From assembly GCF_052425735.1 (NCBI RefSeq), contig NC_135768.1:62001-126000 (forward strand): a stretch of DNA of 64,000 nt, read 5' to 3'. The position numbers and the translations under genes were made by a program. A model generated the notes under the pieces. That model saw nothing but the letters and a program-made list of their open reading frames with translations. It was not told where the DNA came from and made no database searches. Below are positions 26,102-38,643 of the stretch, piece by piece (the stretch's first letter is position 1; every line of letters begins with the position of its first letter). Source of the DNA: Oculina patagonica. Its lineage: Eukaryota.

Positions 26102-29087
26102 AGTACACTGTTGTTCAGCCAGATGACGACTCTGGGTTTCAAGATGACTCGAGCGCCGCATTTAGCGAGGAAAGCGATTACTCAGAGCAGATGCCGACCG
26201 CACACAAAACCAAATCCTGGAGCTGTTTTAAGTCGAGAACACAGAGCATCAAACTCAAGAAACAACAGGAAAGTTATGGCACTTCTGGCTGGCCACAAAA
26301 AGAAAACTTCCTTCAAAAGGCGACCAGAAAGATATTTGGAAAGACCAAACAAATATTTGCCGGGAGAAAGCAGGGAGGCGAGAAAAAAGCTACTTCCCCA
26401 AAGCCTGAAGTGAAGTTGAAAGAAAATCACACAGAACAAGTGAATATCATCATTCCAGCAGAAAGCTACACCAGTGTCTACGAGGAACCAGCGTACGATG
26501 ACAGGACAACTTTCGTTCGGGCCGATCAGATGCGATGCTCTATTCGGGAATCCCGTGGCATGGACCCGCGGGAAGCCTTGCAGGTTCGCAAAAGGCAGAC
26601 CATGCTCCGCGTCTTGTTTGACTTCCAAGCGTGTGATGATGATGATATTTCCGTGGTGAGAGGAGAGTTGATCAAGGTACTCAGCAAGGATGATAATGAT
26701 TGGTGGTGGGTGGAGAATGTACATCGGGAACAAGGATTTGTACCGCGTAATTTCCTGTGGCCTTGTGGCTGTTACGGTAAGTAAATAACTTCGTTAGATA
26801 ATTCGACTTTTTCAATTGCTTTACTAAGCTTCGAGAAAAATAGGACATCACATCTTAAGACACGTTCGATGCACTTTCAATAGCTTAATAAAATTGTTGT
26901 TAGAGGCTCGAACTAAGCGATGTATATATCGAACGTCCGCGATTTGACAGTTTTATTAAGTTATTTTTCTAACAACCGCGATTTAGTTCGTTTTATAAAG
27001 CTATTTTAAGTGCGTCGAACTCGTCTAACAGGCGTGAAGTCTTATTCTTCTCGTTGTTCTAACAAATTCTTGGCTTCAGCGATTAAAATTTCTCAGAAAA
27101 AATTACATAGATTAAATACGCCTTTTCAGCATCAGTTCAGCACAGGCTGACAGAATACCTTGTATATTTTCAATTCAGTCGTGTATCATTGTACATTTTA
27201 ATGAGTTGTATATACACCAAGAGCACCAGTCTATAATATAACCATGCAATATAGCAATGTTCTTAAATTCCTAAGCGATTTAGTGGTGATATGAAATTGG
27301 CATTTTAAAATCGTTGGCAAAAAAGGCCAGACTTTAACAAAACACAATTGGTTGGCGCAGGTTGTTTATCAACAAAACATCTTCTAAAGTATATAGCTCT
27401 CGTTAAAAATGATAAAGCCATGAACTAGCCTGTTATATGTTTTTTAGCCGCGGGTTAAACATTTTGTGAATCTTTCTCGCAAGCTCATTTCGTTTGGTCT
27501 GCAGAACTTTGTAGTCAGAATAGAGAGTTTGTAACTGCTGTGAAGTCTAGCTAACTGTGGTATAGCTGGGCAGCTGGAGTTAAGACAAGTCTGAGATAAA
27601 CTATCAAAGGAACGAGCAGCGAGCTTCCTTTGTTTGAGTTGCTCGGTTTTCAATGAAAGGAATCTTGCTTTATCAAAAAGTCAGTCTAGCTGAACATCTC
27701 AGCGATACACTTAAGATAACAGGCTAATTAACTTCAAAAGGCAATATCACTATAGTATTGTTTAGAAAAGCAAGTTTTACAAGAGACACAGAAGATGAAT
27801 CAGCGGAAATATAATATGAACTGTGGTTAGAGTGGCTTACAGACCGTGAAATTTCTCCTCCATTTACTTTCTGCGCTAAGCAACACGACAAACAAATAAT
27901 TTATAGCGTCCTTTATAAGCACAATACCAAAACAATTTTTTTTTGATAACAACTAAACGTCTGTTTTATGACCTTTATCTTAATCTCACTTTCAGAAATT
28001 CCATTAACGTATCAATGGTAAAGAATACTGAGCTAGCATCCTTTTTCACCATTAATGGTTGATATTGCAAGATTGAAGAATAATGACCGAGCCGGTTCAT
28101 AAAATGAAGGAGCACATTTGTAACATAATTTAGACGAAGACGTTCAACACATACTCTGAATTAACCTTAGTGAATGGATAAGTCTAAAACTTATAACTGT
28201 ATTCTTCAAGGGGGTTTATGTAAGATGTACACATGAAATGATTGCAGAGAAATTTCGATGCTGGTTTCAGGATTTAAATACGTGGCGATACACACAGAGC
28301 ACAGAGAATCATTCTCAATAATATGAAGCTGATATTGCATTTGGGATCATTTTCAGGATATTTGGGATCATTTTCAGGATTCTTTTCACGCATCACGTAC
28401 ACACTGGTCTTGTATTGCCCACAGCTATTAACGTAAAAATGTTTTTACGTTTTCGCATCTCAGTGTCCAAAATAATATAGTAGTTGATCGCATTTACTGA
28501 GGGTCCCCCCCTCCCCCTTGAATTATACAAAGGGAATCGAAACCCTACCCCTCCGCTGAAAAACGTTCAGAGTAAATGTTTGCCACCAGTTGAATAGACT
28601 GTGCCTCTCCGCCCCTCACCCCCTCGCGCCTCCCGTTTTGCGCTGGCGTCCAGTTCTCTCGCCGTTCTTTCCCCGCGCTCATCGATCGGAAAATTACGAA
28701 AAAATAGGGGGCTGTAAACAATCTACCAGTTGCATGTTTTGCTGTACTTGCTACCGGTCACCGATTCCCTTACTTGCCTGTTCACGTTTTCAGCTTTAAG
28801 TTGTAATTGTCTCTTTAGTTTTACTATACTGAAACATTAGAAAAGTACTTCGATTTATTAACCTTTCTTACGAAACCGCCTAACTACTTCATTTCCTCTC
28901 CACAGTGTGTCAAAAGTTTATATTGGAGAAAGTTTCTAATGTGGGCCCAGTCCTCCACGACCAGCATTACATGGAACAAGAAAGAAGCCAATCAAAGAGG
29001 GAATTTGCTGAAGAGGAGGAGTTATACAGCTTTGATGAGAGAACAAGACTCGTGGGGAACAAAAGATATGTTAGCACTTGGTGCTAA
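26102..29087 (+). CDS. Uncharacterised SH3-domain protein; exons 26102-26776 and 28906-29087, first exon not identified
   Basis: SH3 RVLFDFQACDDDDISVVRGELIKVLSKDDNDWWWVENVHREQGFVPRNFL; phase-1 GT-AG join ...WPCGCYVCQKF...YVSTWC*. Confidence 0.8.
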
Positions 29088-29892
29088 AGGACTGGACTCG
29101 TGTAGATAGAAATTATATAAAGAAATAGTGATGCAAAGTAAATGGATGCTTGGAATCTATTTTCAGATAGTTTTTTAGTGCATGGGCCGCTGAAATAATG
29201 GAGAATAATATTTTAATCCCACAATTGGCATATTGGGTTAAAGGCTAAAACAGAGAGACTTTTTATGGCATTTTTTGAGCGTTTAAAAATATAAAAATAT
29301 AATATATGCAAATGCACTAAAATTTAAGAAAGCGCAGGTAGAACTTGTTGTGCTGTTGTTTTAAATTAAGTCTTGCACCTGGTCTCTGTACGCCAGGTAA
29401 GGAAAACATGATGTAACAGTGCAAAGTAAAAACTGACGACAGAATGTTTTTGTTCTGAGTTTTGCACGTAAATAAATTTATGTCATGATCAATACTATTG
29501 CTGACCCAGTTTCTTTAGATACAAGATAGCAATTGTGAAACAAGTGCTATTCTTTGCACATTTCCGTTGAAGCTCTCGTTAATGAAATAATGCGTTTTTT
29601 TGCTGAACCGTTCCGATTTTTTTCCTTGCTCCTTTCCGTTTCGTTTTTCTCTGCTTTCTTATTCTCTCTATCTTTTACTCTGTGCATCCCTTCTACTGGC
29701 CTGAAAAGTTTTGATCTTAATCAATGGAAAACCCTGGAGAGGAGACCATGATCAAGTACGGGTATATTGGCCTGTTTTAGCACCAATTTTACACCAAAAA
29801 CTGATCACGTTTTTTCGATTAGCTCTGTCAGAATGCAGTCAATAGTCAAGACGGACAGTCCTGTGGAAAGATCTATCCAAACTCTGTATGTT

Positions 29893-29934
29893 GCACGTCA
29901 CAAAAATCTGCTGACGTGTAAATTGGTGACGTCA
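29893..29934. promoter_or_regulatory. Cluster of three ACGT-core bZIP (CRE/ATF-like) motifs upstream of Hsp70
   Basis: gcacgtca, ctgacgtgt and a perfect TGACGTCA (29927-29934) within 42 bp. Confidence 0.35.
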
Positions 29935-30717
29935 TAAGTGGTTGAATGGCCTTTCCTCCAAATCCCGGAATAATCCGGACTAAGCATGCGAATCCCGCGC
30001 GTCCTCAGTTTGGCTTTATTATGACCCTTTAGCCTAGCGCTTGCGTGCTAATGACTCCTTTGCTCCCTTTTTTGTCCATTTTAGACCATATAATTTTACC
30101 CTTGAGAATTAAACGAATCAACATAGATGATTTTTTTGACAGACAAAGGAACAATTCTCTAGAGTGCATCACATGATTTTAAATGGGAAATTTTTTCCAA
30201 GCTAAAGAGGACTTTTGCCAGTGAAACCAATTAGCTACAATAGGCTCAATTGAGCCCTTTGACTATGAGTAACTGTGTTTGTTTGCCTTGTCCTTGACTA
30301 TATCAGGAGCCCATTTTGTGCGTTACAAGGCTACAAACAAAGAAACACCTCAAATGCCACAAATAATAAAATGCAGAAGACCTCCCATCTCCACAAAAAA
30401 ATAAAATAAAATAAAAAAACGATACCAGACAAACAGATGAACAAATTATCATGTCCCAATAATTTTAACAAAAACCCTGTACTTGATGTCATCCAGGAAA
30501 GCCGTTTGATCAGTCGTTTATACGGGACTTACAACCACTTTTTACAATGAACCTCGCGTGAGGCCGTCTTTGTCGCGTGATGCACTGGGAAGGGCGCGAA
30601 ATCTAGTCACGTGATGTTGTCGTTTTCACGGAAAGGGAAAGCACTGGAAAGCTTTGCTTCGGTGGACATTTTGAGTTGCCAACGTTTTGTGTGGTTTTCT
30701 TTATCTCGTGTGTGAAC

Positions 30718-33700
30718 ATGTCTAAAGGGCCAGCAGTTGGTATCGATCTCGGTACCACCTATTCCTGTGTTGGAGTTTTTCAACATGGGAAAGTGGAAAT
30801 TATCGCGAACGACCAGGGAAATCGAACAACTCCGAGCTATGTCGCTTTTACAGACACTGAGCGGCTGATTGGTGATGCAGCTAAGAATCAAGTGGCTATG
30901 AATCCCAACAACACTGTTTTTGGTAAGTTATACAATCAACTGACGATAGAAGGGATGTTACATTGAAGAGATGCGACTGAATTTTTTTTTTGCTTGCGTT
31001 CGTTTGTAGATGCAAAAAGGTTAATCGGTCGACGTTTTGACGACCCCTCTGTACAAGATGACATGAAACATTGGCCTTTCAAGGTATTTTAAGCGTGTTT
31101 TGGCAAATTGAGGAAGTAATATATTGGAATACCTTAGGCTATTAGATATCAATACAAGTAGCATGTTGTACATTTTCTTATGCTCTGTACATGGTAAGCT
31201 TAATAGTGATGTAAAATTCGATCCATATAGTAAGCAAGTGATTTTACTTTTGACAGATTATCAACGACTCTGGGAGACCAAAAATACGAGTGGAATATAA
31301 AGGAGAAACAAAAACGTTCTACGCAGAAGAGGTATTTAAAAGATTAACTTGAAAATGGTAATCCAGGTGATCAGATATTGTACCAAATATTGTTTACTAA
31401 TGTACATATTTCTCAAAGTACAGAAAAGGACTAGGGTCTAGTTCGTTAAGCTATCAATTGTAGTTTATCAAACATGAGAGGGAGTGTTTCATCACATTTA
31501 CGAACACTGAGAAGGGAGTTGAAAATACAACACACATTATTTTTGATGGACTTCACTGAGGTGTGGGTTTTTTTTTTGGTGTTGGAAATATGTTGTTACA
31601 CTCTCTTGGGAGGCGTGGTGGCCTAATGGTTAGTACGCCGCACTCCGGATCAAGTGATCCGAGTTGGACCCCCAGCCAGGGTCACTGGGTTATGTTCTTG
31701 GGCAAGACACTTTACTCTCATAGTGCCTCTCTCCACCCAGGTGTATAAATGGATACCGGTGAAATAATGCTGGGGGTACCCTGCGATGGACTAGCATCCT
31801 ATTGAGGGGGGAGTAGAAATATTCCTAGCCGCTTAATGCTACGGAAACAAGGATAAGCTCCGGCAGTGTGGGCTGCATGGCTCTTGGCTTCCCTTACTCT
31901 CTTGAGTGTGAAATATATCTTCCCCATTCAAAACTAAAACTTAAACATGCATGTCATTGAGATTGAATCCTGATTTTATTTTGCACTGTTGTCTTGGATT
32001 TTGTTTCTGGTCATTTGTCAAAGTCATAAGTTTTATTATCTTTTCACAGATCTCATCCATGGTGTTGACAAAGATGAAAGAAACAGCTCAGGCTTATCTT
32101 GGCAAAACTATCACAGATGCTGTGGTGACAGTGCCAGCTTATTTTAATGATTCTCAGCGCCAAGCAACCAAAGATGCAGGTAGGGTTCATTGCTGTCAAC
32201 GTATACAAGCAATTATTTGACTTCTATTATGGATCACCTGCCTAGATAAAAACTCTCCCTACAGTTAGCTTTCCTATATTCCACATAATAACCTCTCCCC
32301 TTTTTCATTGTCAGTAAAATCAATATCAAAATGGAAAGAGTGGAACAAAAGTCCAGTGACAAAAGTTGAGCGTCTCAGTGACGATAAATTCAATAAAACA
32401 CTCTAAAATTATGAATAAATAAAAAAAGTCTGTTAATGAAAATCAAACTGGTGAAAAAAATTTCAAACCAAAAGAAAAAAATACATCACAGTAGATTCAT
32501 TCAAACTCTGACCAAAAATAAAATAAATCACTTTGTTTTCTTTTGGATGGCGCATTTAGTTCAAATGTGTATGTGTACATAATGCGAAGCTTAGTTTATT
32601 AGAGGAACACATTTGTGAATATTTTTGGCCCTCGTAGGATATGCTGATTTTGCTCTATATCAACCCAGTTTTAAGCATACTGCACGAGGTCCCTACAATA
32701 AAAGGCGTGGCAAACGTTATTCAAGACGGAGACTCTTCTGAGAGGCTGAGATTTTCTTAGCCTTGCAAAAGAAGTCAAGACTCCAAAGATGACTGCGTGA
32801 AAAAAATTGTGATGGTGAGACCCATGGAATTTGGAAGGATACACATTTTTTAAAGGTCTATTCACAAACCCCATACATGTAATAAATGAAGTTAAAAAAA
32901 TAACTGCAATGTCCTTTTGTTAATAGTATGTACCTAAGGAAACTAAAGGATATGCCGGGGGGGGGGGGGGGGGATCCATGCTTAACAATAGAGGAAAATA
33001 TACTTCACATCATAATTTTTACAATAAAATATTTTCTCTTTTCAAGGTGTGATAGCTGGTCTCAATGTTTTGCGCATTATCAATGAACCAACTGCAGCTG
33101 CTATTGCATATGGTCTTGACAAGAAAGTCGGTGCTGAGCGCAATGTTCTTATCTTTGACCTCGGTGGTGGCACATTTGATGTCTCTATTTTGAGCATTGA
33201 GGAAGGAATCTTTGAAGTGAAGTCCACTGCTGGAAATACTCATCTGGGTGGAGAAGACTTTGACAACAACGTAGTTGACTACTTTGTCGAGGAATTCAGA
33301 AGGAAGTATAAAAAAGATTTGTCAACCAACAAACGTGCATTGCGTCGCCTGAGAACAGCTTGTGAACGTGCAAAAAGAACACTTTCCTCCAGTACCCAAA
33401 CAAGCATTGAGATTGATTCCCTGTATGAGGGGATTGATTTCTACACGTCACTTACCCGTGCCAAGTTTGAGTCCTTAAACAGTGCTTTGTTTGAGAGCAC
33501 CAAGCAGCCAGTTGAGAAGGCACTGCGTGATGCTGGTCTTTCAAAAGGCCAGGTGCATGAGGTTGTGCTGGTTGGAGGATCAACTCGCATCCCAAAGATT
33601 CAGGAGATTCTGCAGAAGTTCTTTGATGGCAAAGAGCTCAACAAGAGCATCAACCCAGATGAAGCCGTGGCATATGGTGCCGCTGTTCAAGCTGCTATTT

Positions 33701-34188
33701 TGAGTGGCGATAGGAGCAGTGAAGTCCAGGACTTACTGCTGCTTGATGTTGCACCATTGTCCCTCGGGATTGAGACTGCAGGAGGTGTCATGACGGTCCT
33801 CATCAAGCGGAACACGACTATACCAACCAAAAAAACTGAATCCTTTACAACTTACTCAGACAATCAGACCAGTGTTCTTATTCAGGTAACCAGACTTAAT
33901 AATCATGATGTAATTTTATATCCTTTAGGTTAATCACAAGAATAATTTCTAATTCCTGGACCAAACATGACCAGTGACCCTGTGCAGTATTGTATCTAAG
34001 GAAAAACTAACCTCAAATTTCCCCAAGGTGAGAATCTGTTTGTGAGGTGGTCCATTCACCTTTAGGTGAAGAAGTTTGCATTTCAGGCTGGCCAGTGTCT
34101 CAGTGTACTTTAATTTTGTGTTCGTGTCTCCATTTACAGGTGTTAAACTTTGCAAAGACAATTTCTGTAAAAAAACGCGCCCCCCCAC

Positions 34189-34219
<31 letters not shown>

Positions 34220-35492
34220 ATTGGCAGATAAGTTTTTTTGTCACATTTTTTATCCAATTGACAAAGCCCATTATTTTTTGTCGAGGAACAAAATTGCCAA
34301 ATACTGTAACTTGTTCTTGTCATACTAGGAGGTTGCTCGGTCAAAAATTTAAGTATGTACTTGTTGTTTTTGTGTCTTAAAACACTACGACTTTGACAAC
34401 TTGGTAACTATATTTTAAATCTGTGGCTAAACTGCCCCTTACTGTTTTGTTAAGGTGTTTGAAGGTGAGAGAGGTGTGACAGCAGGCAACAATCTGCTTG
34501 GAAAGTTTGAGCTGTCTGGAATTCCACCAGCTCCTCGTGGGGTGCCGCAGATTGAAGTCACGTATGACATTGATGCAAATGGAATCTTGAATGTCTCTGC
34601 TGTTGACAAGAGCACTGGGCGTGAAAACAAGATCACCATCACGAACGACAAGGGCCGCCTGTCCAAAGATGACATTGATCGCATGGTGCGGGAGGCAGAG
34701 AAGTACAAAGCAGAAGATGATGCACAACGTGACAAAGTCCAGGCCAAGAATTCACTTGAGAGTTATGCATACCACATGAAGAGCACAGTAGAGGATGAAA
34801 AGGTTTGTACTTGTAATGGTTTTTATGCATGTTATTTAGACAGGTTTTGAAAAGTACCATATTTATTTGGTTGAGTGCTGTGGTGCTCTTTCAATTTAAG
34901 TTTTTCTGTTGCAGCACTTATTCAACCTAGGTGGCGCCTAGTTGAGGGCAGTGCTCAAACAATCACATTGGCATATGATAATGACAGAGGGTGCAGTGAA
35001 ACATGCCCATTTGAAACTGAAAAACATTGTCTCCCATATACCTAAACTCGTGAAATCCCTACCCTTTTATATGCCTGAAGCCTGAAAAAGGTACCCCTTC
35101 CAGGCAGAGCCCCCCATATAGGCCATTATAGGGAGTACCCCCTTGGGATTCAAGGTAGGGTTAATTAAGTTTTCGGGCATATCCATACTGATGTAGTTAA
35201 TAATTAATTCATTCATCAGGTGAAAGATAAGATTTCAGAGGATGACAGGAAAAAAATTGTTGACAAATGCAACGAAGCAGTCAACTGGCTTGACTGTAAC
35301 CCTGATGCAAGCAAAGAGGAGTATGAAAGACGACAGAAGGAGCTCGAGAGTATCTGTAATCCAGTCATAACAAAGCTGTACCAGAGTGCTGGTGGTGCCC
35401 CGCCAGGAGCTGGGGGCTTTTCCCAAGGGGGTGGGGCTCCTACTTCTGACTCAACCAGCTCTGGGGGACCAACAATTGAAGAGGTTGACTGA
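30718..35492 (+). CDS. HSP70: Cytosolic Hsp70/Hsc70 family chaperone, 7 exons
   Basis: Exons 30718-30922, 31010-31083, 31257-31331, 32050-32179, 33047-33885, 34455-34802, 35220-35492; [37 protein letters not shown], linker DLLLLDV, C-terminal GPTIEEVD. Confidence 0.97.
31608..31895 (+). mobile_element. Near full-length tRNA-derived SINE in Hsp70 intron 3
   Basis: gggaggcgtggtggcctaatggttag (A box), degenerate B box, conserved core ttcttgggcaagacactttactctcatagtgcctctctccacccaggtgtataaatgg; flanking direct repeat actctctt. Confidence 0.85.
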
Positions 35493-37097
35493 ACTCTTAA
35501 AAAATTGAAAATCCTCAAAATCCTTGTATGTTAACTGGAGACTGTAGATTTGTATGATCTCTAAACCTTAGCTGTTATAACCTTGATCAAGGTATAAAAA
35601 CAAGGCTCCTTAGTCCAAAGGTTGCATACTAATTGGAAGCCATTTCTCTCTAGATTTTAGAAGGAGCCTCATTACAAGCTAATAAACCCAGGGTCTAAGT
35701 CTAGGATAATTTGGCAAAAAAAAAAAAAATTTCCCCCAATTTGTTGGGTTTCAAAATTTTTAGTAACACGATTTTGGTAGGTTGTTGATGTGTTTTCTTT
35801 CTGAACTTGAGAAGCTTCCTTTAACAATGCAGGCTGAAAAGCATTGAGGTAGCTGAAGTGTTTTGGCTCAGCATCATAAAACTGATCAATAATCAAAGGT
35901 GTCATGTCTTGGGCAGATGTTTTGAGATCAGAACTTTAATAGAGGTCTTAATTTATAATAAGGAACATTGAAACCAGTGTTCTGGAAGAATTTTAAGGAA
36001 ATATTGTTATACAGGTTAATGCTCAGACTGAGCATAAACATTTTAGAAAGAAAATAGATGTTATATATTGTAATGTATAAGTTAAATGGTTTTTAGTATG
36101 CGAGAACATTTTAAACTATGACAAGTGACAGTATGAGATGGTCACTTTTATGTTAAGACCCTCAGAGATTTAAAAATCTGAAAGAGGCATTAAAGTTAAC
36201 ATGGTTCACAAATCTGTTGAGGATTTTTACTCACTGTGTAATAAATTGATAATGTGTGATGGTGCAAAAGTAAAAACTGCATGGAAAGGGCGGGATGGGG
36301 GGGGGATATATTTTATACGGGGAGGCTCCATCCCGAGGTCCAACCCCTTACCCTTTATTATTAAAAACTAACAATGGTATATTTCAATTCCCGCGTTTTG
36401 ATTGGTTAACAGGCAATGGTATATGAGCTCATATACCATTTTGACAGAAAAGGCACCTTTTTCTTATATCTTTTATTGAAAAAAGGTACCCCTTTCATAT
36501 ACCTACAGGACACGACATATACTTAAAACAGGACGTTTTCTTGACATATAAATGTAGGGCTTAATAAATTAAGACGATACAGTCGTAAGTTGCGTCTGTT
36601 CGAAATATTTAATTTAAAGGCCTTTTTAAATATCTTAATGACAGAATTTCCTACAATTTCACATACCTAAACGTGCGAAATCCCTACCCTTTTATATACC
36701 TGAAGCCCGAAAAAGGTACCCCTTTCGGGCGGAGCCTCCAAGTTGCGCGTATAGGCCATTATAGGGAGTACCCCCCAGGGGATGTCAAGTTTGGATATCA
36801 AAAACAATCTTCGTGGCAGTGGTCCTGTTTAGAGTTGTCATCCATAATGCTATTTTTGAAACAGAAGTGTTTCTGGATGTCTCTATTACTGTTAAAATGA
36901 CTACCAGATGAGGGAACGATAATTTCAAATGGTATGTCGTATGACAAATAAACACAAGCGTTCAATTTCTAATGTTTTTCTTTGTGTTTTATCATTCCCC
37001 TTTTCTGGGAATTTAAAGGGTCAGAAATTCAGAATTTTTTGGAAGGGGGAGGGGGGTTAACTTTTGGTCCAGGGATTGTTTGGGATTTGTTGGAAGC

Positions 37098-37661
37098 TAG
37101 GGCTTTCCACAAGTTGCTCGGCAACTTTTTGGCAACTTTTCATGTTTCGAGCAACTTTTTCCCTTGGAGCAACTTTTTTCCTCTCAAGCAACTTGTTACA
37201 TTTTGAGCAATTTCCAGACCGAAGATCTCCGAAGATTATCCGAGTGTTGTTCAAAGGCAATACGAACGTTTCCGAAGATTTGCGAAGTTTGCCGACGATT
37301 TTCGAGGAACGTCTGAAGTCGTTTCAACTTTCGGCTCATTCTGCATTAAAGCATTCCAAAACTGTCATCGACATCTTCACGATTTTTCTCATTTAAAGAA
37401 ATCCTTTTATTAAATTTTCACCTTTATATGTTATTTAGATTCTTCTTTTGCTGTGAAAATGCATAACCCTGCTTAGAAATCTTACCATCAAAAGGAAATT
37501 AGCATGATATTTAGAGAAATTCTCTTGACTAGAAGCAGCGTTTTGGATCTTTAAGGGCAACTTTAATTATAAAAAGCAACGTTTTTGGATCTTTAGAGCA
37601 ACTTTTTGAAAAATTACGGGCAACTTTTTGGGAAATCTCGAGCAACTTGTGGAAAGCCCTA
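37098..37661. mobile_element. hAT-like non-autonomous element, 8-bp TSD
   Basis: ttggaagc|TAGGGCTTTCCACAAGTTGCTCG ... CGAGCAACTTGTGGAAAGCCCTA|ttggaagc; subterminal gcaactt repeats. Confidence 0.9.
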
Positions 37662-37897
37662 TTGGAAGCCCTGGGGATTTTTTGGGGTATTGATTTTGCC
37701 CCTATTCAATCATCCCTATCACTTGAAATCCGGAGTACCCCACCCCCCACCCCCACCACTCAGGGATGAAGTCACGCAATTTTTTTTCCTCAACAGTTAG
37801 TGAGGAGATGCCCTAGGTTGCTGGCGACGGCCCAAATAACGGGGGCTTTGATAGAGGCTACTTAAAATTTTTATAGTACCTTTTGTTTCCTCGAGGT

Positions 37898-38224
37898 TAC
37901 TATTGTTAGCGGCTTCTAACTTAAGAGATTTTTTTCTGAGCAAGATTTAATTTAGCGATTTTCCGAAAATTAAATTTTAAAAAAACAGCTGGAAATACAG
38001 GTGTTCAGTAAAAAAACAAAAAAACAAACTCACTTGAAATTGAACAAACATTTGCATTGCCAGAAAGAACAAAGTTAATTAAAAAAGTCAGAAAAAATGG
38101 GTCCAGCATCCATTTTTAAAAGAATTTTTCAAGTCGACTATGTCCAATTTGAATTTCCTTTGGGGTAGTGATTTCTCCCAACTCGCCAAAATCGCTAAAA
38201 TTAGTAGCCGCTAACAATAATGTA
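37898..38224. mobile_element. MITE with TA-flanked TIRs
   Basis: tattgttagcggcttctaa ... ttagtagccgctaacaata. Confidence 0.65.
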
Positions 38225-38241
38225 GGTGATCAGCGAATGAA

Positions 38242-38415
38242 CCTCCTCGGAGACCCAGGGGAGTTAGTGGGGGCGGGGAAAGCAACGGGGAAAAAAAAAT
38301 GGAAGAAAAGTCAAGAACGAAAATAATAGGGGCTATTATTTTCGTTCTTACTCTTCGCCGAATGCGCCCGTATAGACTTCCCCGCCCCCACTAACGCCCC
38401 GGGTCTCCGAGGATG
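38242..38415. mobile_element. MITE with 8-bp TSD just upstream of the aminotransferase gene
   Basis: cgaatgaa|CCTCCTCGGAGACCC...GGGTCTCCGAGGATG|cgaatgaa. Confidence 0.85.
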
Positions 38416-38643
38416 CGAATGAACAAAAGACGCGCTGCTTTTTGCGAGGGAGGGGCTGAGCTGCGGGGGTCCGAAATATGGAGGCGTTCGCTACTAGTCC
38501 CAGTCTTTTCAAGTTCTTGAAAGAGAGAGTCACTGGGAAGTTGCGACACACCTGCGGAATTTTCAGTTTGTAGAATATATCGACTGTTTGAAGCTTTGTT
38601 AACTTAGTTACCAAACTACAGCTTCGCATTTGGAAGGGTTTCG

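Noticed and set aside
31608-31680. tRNA gene
   Set aside because: Degenerate tRNA-like head continues into a SINE body with several copies in the window
33019-35518. Antisense ORFs over Hsp70 exons (and 26182-26733 over the SH3 exon)
   Set aside because: Shadow frames of real coding exons
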